Part shown: positions 56,488 to 64,000 of the stretch, in pieces | How the letters are laid out: every line of letters begins with the position of its first letter | Numbering within the stretch: position 1 is the stretch's first letter | NCBI GenBank assembly: GCA_964019335.1 | Contig: OZ025649.1 | Location: forward strand, 62,001-126,000 | DNA: 64,000 bases | Direction of reading: 5' to 3' | From: Diplonema japonicum | Taxonomy: Eukaryota; Protista; Euglenozoa: Diplonemea | The notes under the pieces: generated by a model | Seen by the model: only the letters and a program-made list of their open reading frames with translations | Told to the model about the DNA's origin: nothing | Databases searched by the model: none | Translations under genes and position numbers: made by a program

Positions 56488-57063
56488 ATGGAGGTACCGC
56501 TAGACATCTTCAGGTGGCTGATCCACCTCAACGTCTTAGAGGGTGACTGCAGCATGGAGAGGAGTAGTGGTGAAAACGTGTATCTGAATGAAGAGAGCGC
56601 AGAACTGCTGCTGAGTGGGGTGCACGTAGCTCCGCTGGTTCAAAGTTTAGGAAAGACCCTCGCCATCCCTGTGCCCGTGGCAAGGTTACGACTTGAGCGG
56701 TCGGTCCAAAGCAGGCTGTACAACTGGAATGTGCTCAGCCAGGCCTTGGAGGCGGTGGGACACCATATGAGGTTCAATGAAAAACGTCTTCTTGTTGCAG
56801 GCGATAGACGGATGCTGGTCTCTGTGCTGCAATCCATTAAAGCGACCTATGACAAGGCCTCACACCGGCGGGTGCCTTCACCATGCAATTTGCCCCCCCT
56901 TCGCAATCAGCCTAAGGACGACTCGGGCCTTCAAAACTACCTCCGCTCACAAGCCGAGGAATTCCACTGCGGTACCAAAGCATCTTGTATTCTAGCTTCC
57001 ACATCTTCCACGAAACCCCGATCAACACAGCAGCCTAGAAAACTGCCGCCATTGAATCTGTGA
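56488..57063 (+). CDS. Calponin-homology (SPEF1/CH_2-like) domain protein
   Basis: IFRWL..LLSGVHVAPLV..RLYNWNVLSQAL..LLVAGD...LVSVLQSI pattern. Confidence 0.6.
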   Translation: MEVPLDIFRWLIHLNVLEGDCSMERSSGENVYLNEESAELLLSGVHVAPLVQSLGKTLAIPVPVARLRLERSVQSRLYNWNVLSQALEAVGHHMRFNEKRLLVAGDRRMLVSVLQSIKATYDKASHRRVPSPCNLPPLRNQPKDDSGLQNYLRSQAEEFHCGTKASCILASTSSTKPRSTQQPRKLPPLNL

Positions 57064-57157
57064 AAAGGGTGCTGGTGTGAAGGTGGGGGGGGGGGGGTGT
57101 TAAAAGGAAATGAATGGGAGAGAAAAAAAAAACTTGCATTTACACTTTTTTGTTTTT

Positions 57158-57188
<31 letters not shown>

Positions 57189-57235
57189 CCCCTTTCGTTT
57201 GCTAACACTTCTCTCTCTTCAATAGTATTCTCCCT

Positions 57236-57266
<31 letters not shown>

Positions 57267-57571
57267 TTTCCTTCTTCTGGCGGGACGTTATTTTTCTTTT
57301 TTTCTTCTTTATTTTGCTTGCATAACAGTTTGAGTACTTTTACCCCTTCTTCTTCTCTGATGATATGTGTTGCATTAATGCAGCTTCCTACTTCATTTTG
57401 TTTTTTTGTCTGTTTTCCGATTTATTTTTCCTTTACATTCCCTTTTCCTGATACGCTGCTCTTTTATTTTATTTTATTTTTTTAGGGAGATACTTTCTCC
57501 CACCAAGTTAAAAAAAAAGATTGTTTTGTGTCATCAGCCGCCAAACCAACAACCCTCAACAGGACCGACGA

Positions 57572-58972
57572 ATGGCGATCGTTGCCGAGGGGGACCTCAC
57601 CCCAGACATGAGATCGGTAAGCGATGCTGCATCTAGTGTGGTGAGCCCGGAGGAGGTGCGGTTACATGCTTTTGGCGTATTTATCAAGCAGCAACAGGAG
57701 TACATAGAATATTTACAAGAGCTGCTGGTAGACCACGGGTACACCCTACCATCGCACTCTGACATCATGACTGCTGAGCAGGGCCAGGCCATTCTGGACA
57801 ATATCATTGCAACATCTCGAACAGGCCGAACCCCGCACGGACAAAGGCCTGACGCAACAGGGCACACCGAAGCAGCGCACACTGAAGCGGAACAGGGACC
57901 CCAGACAGGGGCACCACCACCACAACCACCAACAGATGAGATAAAAAAACAAAAAGATACAAAACGCCAGAAAAGAGATAGCGTTAGCAGCTTGAAAAGC
58001 ACGACACCGACACCCAGAGGCACGACACCCAGAGCTTCGTTGGACGCCGCCGCCATGCAGTCGCTCCAAGAGCCAGAGAAGCAACCGCAACCTGAAGACA
58101 AACCGACAGACACCCCATCCCAAGCGCAGGCTCAAAAAGAAGATGTCGTGTCCATGCCCCAAGAGGAGCTCCCCAAAACACCTGCCGAACAACCGATAGA
58201 GAAGCCAGCTCCTTTGCAGGCGAAGTCAAAAAGCGTTCAGAAGAAGAAACACAGGAGTAGTGAGAAGACTCCCAAGAGTTTCAAGACTCCACGGAAGCCT
58301 CTGGAGAACCACCAGTCGCCAGCCGCGCTGGAGCCTGCGCCTGCCTTCGACTTGCCTTCAAGCGGCGACAAAGTTCATCCCAACGCAGTCAGCACTCCGT
58401 ATTTCCCTATGACGCCCTTGTCGCCCCCACAGCATGCTGTGCAAGATGGCCCTGTCATCTTAAGCTCGCAGCCCATGCCTCCACCCTTTGCAAGACAGGT
58501 GGAGGGCCACGATCCTGTGGCGTTGTGTTGGTGCTACCTCAAGGCACCCCCCGTGGTCCCTGGCGGCCCTCCCTTGTATAAGAAGCGATTGCTTCGACTG
58601 GAGGGAGACATGGTCACGTTCAGCTCAGCCAACGGAGGGAAGCTCACACCGTTGGAAGCTGTGCCCTTGAGTGATATTCTGGTATGTCGCAACACGTCAT
58701 CACAACACTACAGGTGTTCGGGAGCTACAAAGATGCAACGCAGGTGATGTCGTTAGGTGTGTCGTTCTATATGTGCACGCGAGTCATGGCCTGGGTATGC
58801 ACGTGAAGCGTTAACAAGCATCAAACAGATTGGCATTGCTACCGAAGGTGACGTGCTTGGTGAGTGGTTGGAGTGGGCTGCCAACCAGCCTGGCATCGAT
58901 GCTTCTCCAGTGAGCGCACCTCTCCCGGTGGAGCCCAACTATATTGCCATCTCTCCCCAACGAGTGAAATAG
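57572..58972 (+). CDS. Pro-rich protein with C-terminal PH-like domain, join(57572..58681,58714..58794,58829..58972), 444 aa
   Basis: CWCYLK..YKKRLLRLEGDMVTF..EAVPLSDIL|VFG..AW|IGI..GEWLEW, completed by two introns. Confidence 0.7.
58682..58713 (+). other. Micro-intron (32 nt)
   Basis: GTATG...CACTACAG. Confidence 0.8.
58795..58828 (+). other. Micro-intron (34 nt)
   Basis: GTATG...CAAACAG; removes an in-frame TGA. Confidence 0.8.
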
Positions 58973-59379
58973 CCAGTTTGCAGGTACCGTCTGCATAGGA
59001 AGTGGGTTGTATCCCTTGTACAAATTTTATTTTCTGTCCCCCTTGTCTTCAGTATATTCCCGTTTACCCTTCCTTTCGCATGCAGCGGTATTCACAAGCC
59101 TATCGCCTTCCATGTATAGCCCTCCTATGATGCTCTCAGCTACTTCTTGATGTCGGGGCTGGTGTTCTAGATCAAAAGTGAGAGTGTACTAGCACAAAGC
59201 AGGGTGACATCGTAAGTAAATGAAATGCCTTTTCTTCTTTTTCTTTTTTTCTTTTCTGCTATTTCTTCAATTCGGCCTTTTTCCTCTTCTTTTTCTTTTT
59301 GTTCTTTTTGTTCTTTCTGTTTCCCTCTGATGTTTTCTTACGCCAGTAAGGTCCCTCGCGGCATCCACAACAGGCTTCG

Positions 59380-61461
59380 ATGAGCGACACAGCGTTGGTG
59401 GTTGTTTTTGTGTTGATAATAATATTCGCTGCGGGATGCGGGGCATATGGTGGGAGGGCGCTGTGGCGGAAGTCGCGCACAGAGAAGGAATATTCTAGAC
59501 AAGAGAAGGAGCGCTTCGAAGCGGAGGAGGTCGAGCGGCAGAGACGGCAGGTGAGGAAGGCAAACAGGAGCAATACTGCACAAACAGAAAAAGTTGCCTT
59601 AGGGGATGTAGCTCCTCTCACAGAGTGCGACCGTCAGGCCATCGACGATGCTTTCAAACACATCGAGACGAAGGGTGTCCCGTACGAAAACGACACAGAA
59701 GCCCACTGGTTCCCCAGAGGGCCTGGCGCATGGATGACCGGGGAGATTGCACAGATAAAGCAAGACCTAGACATCATCTCTGTTGCAACACGCGAGCTGT
59801 GGGACACCAAAGAGGGCGATATCCTCGACGAACTCGTCAGCAACCTCCCCTTCGCAGCGTCTCCACACCCTTATGTCCTGCTGCGTGAGATATGCGACCG
59901 CCTGTGGTCCCTCTATGGGGCATCACACCCTACAAAGTCCCCACTCATGTTGCTCTCGATGCTGCTCTACACACAAGAACCAGCAGACATCGACCGCCTC
60001 CTTCTCTACGACGCCCCTGTATGGGTGGAGGGCAGCCTCCCCGGAAAGGAGACATGGTCAGCATACTTAACCCAAAACAGCACCTCTGAAGCTAAGCCCC
60101 TCAGCATAACTGCCCAGATTGACACCATGGCACAGAACATCCTTCGCACTAGGATGCTGGCCTCCAATGAGGCTGCTCTGGACGACTACAGGAAGTGGAT
60201 CAAGCTAACCTGCTTACTAAGTGCCCTAACGGGCCCACCGAACCCGCCGTCCAATGTCAACGCCACACTCTTCAAAATCGGGTACAACATCCCAGAGGAG
60301 GTCATCTCAGAGTTCTACAACGACGACTTGCAGGAGAGGGTGCTTGGGTGGATGCCACCGACCGCATGCACCTTCAACCACGGGAGGGGCCCCAAAGACC
60401 AAAGCACGGGAGGGCTCACCATCAGGATCCATGACGCTCGGTACAACCTTCCACTGGTGCCTTCGCAGTACCCAGGCGAGGACGCCGCTTTGCTACCTCC
60501 ATTTTCAGTTTTCAGGCTGAATAATGTCAGGAAAGAGGGAAGACTAGGGACGCTTGTAGACGTGACGTTCACTGGCACAGTGCAGTCGCACGAGGATTGC
60601 AGCTTCAACAGAAGAGTGTTGGATGAATGCTGGGCGGCGGAGTCGAAGCTGCGACGGGTGGATGTCCTGTTGGAGACACTCATCGCAACACGGGATGTCC
60701 CCCACACCTTGTATGTGTCGGGGCTCGGCAGTGCGGATGGGTGCTACAGTTTGAATGCACGCAAAGTGCGAGGCATGCCGTTGTGGTGCAACAAAACGTT
60801 TAGCGTCTACACGTCAGGGTCAAGCAGCAGGTGGGTCATAGGAAAGGCACCTGACTCAGGCGTGGGGAGAATGGTGTCGGAACAGCATGGAGGGGCCATG
60901 CCTCACCTCATGAAAGACTGGTTTAGATCTGCTCCCAGCAAATCCGATTACGTGTGGGCAAAGGACCAAGGTGTGAGGGTGAGTGCTGTGCCACCACCGA
61001 GGGAGACGCATAAAGTGGTGTCCTTTGATGCACTCTCAGACACTTCTGACGCAATCAGCTTGGAGATGGAATCTGAGCAGACGGCATTACTCTGCGAAGA
61101 CCGCAAGGCAAGCATCTCGCCTCAGGGCGTCGACCCACCCACTCTTCCTTACCAACCCCCTTTTCTAGAAGCACAGAATATGGAGATGATACAAGGCACC
61201 TGGCGCACTATGCATTCAGTGCAGGCAATTGTGTCCGGCCACCTCGTCACTTTCATCTCCCCACCCCTCCCCGACGCCTACGCTACGCTGAGCACTACAC
61301 CCGTCATCACCCTCTCGGGCGCCTCTGTTATGTTTTGCACACTGAACAGAATCGAGTGGTCCGACGGCGACGTTTGGACGCGCCCCATGCTCACGAACCC
61401 CCTCAAGCAGTACCGTGACGTGTCACCCCCCCCGCCTGTAGACTTTATAGATTTCGTGTAA
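59380..61461 (+). CDS. N-terminally membrane-anchored protein with a degenerate ADP-ribosyltransferase-like domain and two accessory modules
   Basis: TM ALVVVFVLIIIFAAGCG. MLLYTQEPADIDRLL..YRKWIKL..TLFKIG..WMPPTACT..SQYPGEDAALLPPFSVF aligns by eye with the ART domain at 19.1-19.7 kb. GMPLW..WVIG..HGGAMPH..W module and C-terminal IEWSDGDVWTR. Confidence 0.75.
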   Translation: MSDTALVVVFVLIIIFAAGCGAYGGRALWRKSRTEKEYSRQEKERFEAEEVERQRRQVRKANRSNTAQTEKVALGDVAPLTECDRQAIDDAFKHIETKGVPYENDTEAHWFPRGPGAWMTGEIAQIKQDLDIISVATRELWDTKEGDILDELVSNLPFAASPHPYVLLREICDRLWSLYGASHPTKSPLMLLSMLLYTQEPADIDRLLLYDAPVWVEGSLPGKETWSAYLTQNSTSEAKPLSITAQIDTMAQNILRTRMLASNEAALDDYRKWIKLTCLLSALTGPPNPPSNVNATLFKIGYNIPEEVISEFYNDDLQERVLGWMPPTACTFNHGRGPKDQSTGGLTIRIHDARYNLPLVPSQYPGEDAALLPPFSVFRLNNVRKEGRLGTLVDVTFTGTVQSHEDCSFNRRVLDECWAAESKLRRVDVLLETLIATRDVPHTLYVSGLGSADGCYSLNARKVRGMPLWCNKTFSVYTSGSSSRWVIGKAPDSGVGRMVSEQHGGAMPHLMKDWFRSAPSKSDYVWAKDQGVRVSAVPPPRETHKVVSFDALSDTSDAISLEMESEQTALLCEDRKASISPQGVDPPTLPYQPPFLEAQNMEMIQGTWRTMHSVQAIVSGHLVTFISPPLPDAYATLSTTPVITLSGASVMFCTLNRIEWSDGDVWTRPMLTNPLKQYRDVSPPPPVDFIDFV

Positions 61462-61551
61462 CAAAATAGAGATGTTCGTGTTTTGCCCTTTTGTTTCTTC
61501 AGTTATCACCAGCCTGCAGGACTGCGAATAAAAGATGATTGTGTCCATACG

Positions 61552-62565
61552 ATGGATTGGATAGAGTGGAGGAACAGTGATAAGTGCCGCCTGGCGGCGT
61601 TACAGATACCCGACTCGCGACTGGTGCTGAACGAGGAATGTTTGAAAGCGCTGGAGAAATGCGTTAAGAAGACGGAACCAAGCAAGGTGGTCGTGGTTGT
61701 GGGGGATCAGGGCGTGGGCAAGTCGACGATCGTTGCGGAGCTGCTGCGGGACCCCGTGGTGAGGAACATGAGTGGGAACATGGTGGTGGACGCAGAGCGG
61801 ACGACAGGGGTGCGGGTGTTCACGAACAAGGTGAAGGCACAAACATCTATTTACAAATACCTACTCATCGACACTGAGGGGCTAAACTCAGCCGAGCCTC
61901 CGGAAGGCGTCCCGCGGGAACAGTACAACAGCTACTACCGTCCTGGGTTACAGCAACTCATTCCTCAACTAGCGTACCAAGCTGCCAGCCTTGTGATTTA
62001 CTGTTCGGGATCGCCTATGCCGAAGGCTTATAGTGACTGCGTGGAGGCATTCCACGTGACTTCCGGTGGAACGCCTGTGAACAGATCACGCGAGACCATC
62101 AAACCGACACTGCTGGTGCTACTGAATAAGCAGCCTCTTCGGAAATGCTTCAGCAGCGATAAGGATGAGGTTGAGTATGTGACAGAAGAAGCGTGCAGCG
62201 AGGCCCTGCGTGGCTGCGACGAGCGGAATGGCGGTTGCTTGGGGAACTTCTTCTGCAGCTTGCACGCCTTCATGCTCCCGCTAAAGGACTCGAAGTTCCG
62301 TCCGCGCAACAGATCCGACGTCCAGGGCGGCCCTGTGTTCGGGGTGAGCATCTCAACACTGCAGGTTGTGATTCATCACCTGCTGACTGACCAGATCCGT
62401 CATTCCCTTGAAATCCAGAAGGGAGTGGGGAAAGCCATCCTTTCTGAGGCTGCCTGGGTGCGGTCCCTCCCCATTAAGGTTGGCATCATCAACGAAGCTA
62501 TCCACAAGTGGGGGTGCCCCGTGCTCATCACTGCTGATGACATTAGGAAATACAACACAATATGA
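61552..62565 (+). CDS. GBP/atlastin-like (GB1/RHD3-type) P-loop GTPase, G-domain only
   Basis: G1 GDQGVGKST, G2 RTTGV, G3 LLIDTEGL, G4-like LLNK. Confidence 0.72.
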   Translation: MDWIEWRNSDKCRLAALQIPDSRLVLNEECLKALEKCVKKTEPSKVVVVVGDQGVGKSTIVAELLRDPVVRNMSGNMVVDAERTTGVRVFTNKVKAQTSIYKYLLIDTEGLNSAEPPEGVPREQYNSYYRPGLQQLIPQLAYQAASLVIYCSGSPMPKAYSDCVEAFHVTSGGTPVNRSRETIKPTLLVLLNKQPLRKCFSSDKDEVEYVTEEACSEALRGCDERNGGCLGNFFCSLHAFMLPLKDSKFRPRNRSDVQGGPVFGVSISTLQVVIHHLLTDQIRHSLEIQKGVGKAILSEAAWVRSLPIKVGIINEAIHKWGCPVLITADDIRKYNTI

Positions 62566-62721
62566 CTCTTTTGTTTGTTTATTTTTTTTACTTTGTATTC
62601 CCAGTTTGACACAAGAAGCCCTTGTAACACGCCAGACCCCTTCCCTTCTCGAAAGTCCTTCCCTCTTCCATTCCAACAACAATAAACACCACACTGTCCC
62701 TGGATGAGAGGATGATGGGGC

Positions 62722-62759
<38 letters not shown>

Positions 62760-62761
62760 CG

Positions 62762-62793
<32 letters not shown>

Positions 62794-63438
62794 GCCACTC
62801 CCTTTTTTTTTAAAAAGGGGGGGTAGCTCGCAAGAAAAGAGTTAAATTTCCACTTCTTGAAGGAAAAAAAAGGGGGTAAGACAAGTTCACGAACTACAGA
62901 AAGGACCATTGATGCAAAAACACGAGCTTCTAAGTACTATTGGGATAAAGCCATATCATGTAAAAAACGTGTTTTGGGTCAGATTTGGCCCTTTTTTTGA
63001 TTTTTTCCCCCCTTTGTTTCTGCGTTCCCTTCATTTCCCCCTCCTGTCAGTACTACTGAAAAAGAAAACTATTTGTAAGCAAAGCGCAGCTTGCAAACTA
63101 CCCCCCCCTTTTTTTTATGGGCTAACAGAAAGGTGCCAGTGGCACGCAACACAACAGACGTTAGAATAGGGTTACCCATTTCTTCTTAATTCTTTCTTTT
63201 TCTTTCTTTTCTTTTTCTTTTTTTTTTCTTTTCTTTTGTCTCCTCCCCACAGTTATATCCGCCAAAAAAAAAAAACGAAAGAAGAGAGAGAAAAAAGGGA
63301 GAGATGAGAAAAAAAAGGGGGGGGAAGAGGGGGGAAAGGAAAAGGAGGAAGTTTTTCTACAGTGTAGCTAGAATTTCTTTTCTATTTCATCATTCGTTCC
63401 CCACCACAACACACAGGAGGGAGTGACCACATACCGAC

Positions 63439-64000
63439 ATGTCTTCGGCATGCGACTCTGTGATGGACTGCGATGCCGTGGTCCTCCTGAACTCTGGTTC
63501 AGGAGACTACACCACCACGACGCAGAAGGATGGGCAGCTGCACTTCAGCTTTCCCAGTGACAGCAAGCCTGCAACAGTGAAGCTCACCTCCCACGACATG
63601 ACGATACAACCATGGTACAGACAAGCAGAGAAGGGCAAGATCCACCTACCGAAGGAAGTAGAGGCGGCTGACGGGCCGCAGTCTGTCTACAAGTCCTACT
63701 TCAAGGACGCGCCTAACAAGATGCTTGATGGGCAGAACATCATGATCACCTCGTACGGTGACGAGAAGACACGGAAGGCAGGGCTTATGCTTGGTGATAG
63801 CAAATCACAAGAAGGTGTTCTGCACCTCTTCATCAAGGACCTCTTCCAGTGTGATGTATGTGAAAAAAAAAAAAAAAGGAGGTTGTAACAATCAACATCA
63901 CAGGGCGCGCACCACCACGACCTCAGGCTCACTGCCTACGCGTTCTGCCCTACTGGTGAAAAGGTCACCGACATGATCCCTGACGACGGGGGCGACTGTC
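63439..64000 (+). CDS. Hypothetical protein, partial: join(63439..63855,63904..>64000)
   Basis: ATG follows a pyrimidine tract and CACACAG. The 48-nt intron 63856-63903 contains the apparent stop, and the frame stays open to the window end. Confidence 0.65.
63856..63903 (+). other. Micro-intron (48 nt)
   Basis: GTATG..poly-A..CATCACAG. Confidence 0.8.

Noticed and set aside
12018-63903. Frameshifted pseudogenes, stop-codon readthrough or an alternative genetic code as explanations for split ORFs
   Set aside because: Every break is resolved by a canonical GT-AG micro-intron under the standard code.

Overview
This is eukaryotic nuclear DNA. About 19 protein-coding genes lie head-to-tail on the + strand with short spacers. 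Many starts are preceded by a pyrimidine tract and an AC-rich (C)AG, consistent with polycistronic transcription and spliced-leader trans-splicing in a euglenozoan, most likely a diplonemid (inference). The ORF track fragments several genes because of tiny introns: I reconstructed 21 GT-AG introns of 31-48 nt, 18 starting GTATG and 20 ending CAG, with AC-rich rather than pyrimidine-rich bodies. Genes, left to right: a carboxylic-acid-reductase-like NRPS (A-T-R) with a Zn-finger insertion; a giant multi-pass receptor-like protein; GPI8; an ankyrin protein; Nup54; a ~3,476-aa repeat protein with an intact R-S-ExE ADP-ribosyltransferase (ART) domain; a second, paralogous giant receptor; a PRMT-like methyltransferase; a cadherin-like repeat/SEA adhesin; an F-box/VWA protein; a small ORF; a CARNMT1-like methyltransferase; an EF-hand protein; a small type I membrane protein; a CH-like protein; a PH-like protein; a membrane-anchored pseudo-ART; a GBP-like GTPase; and a partial gene at the right edge. 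The most notable points are the micro-intron system, the active/dead ART pair, and the two receptor paralogs carrying different domains in the same loop. I found no rRNA, tRNA, CRISPR array or intact transposon. All calls come from motif reading; no database searches were run.
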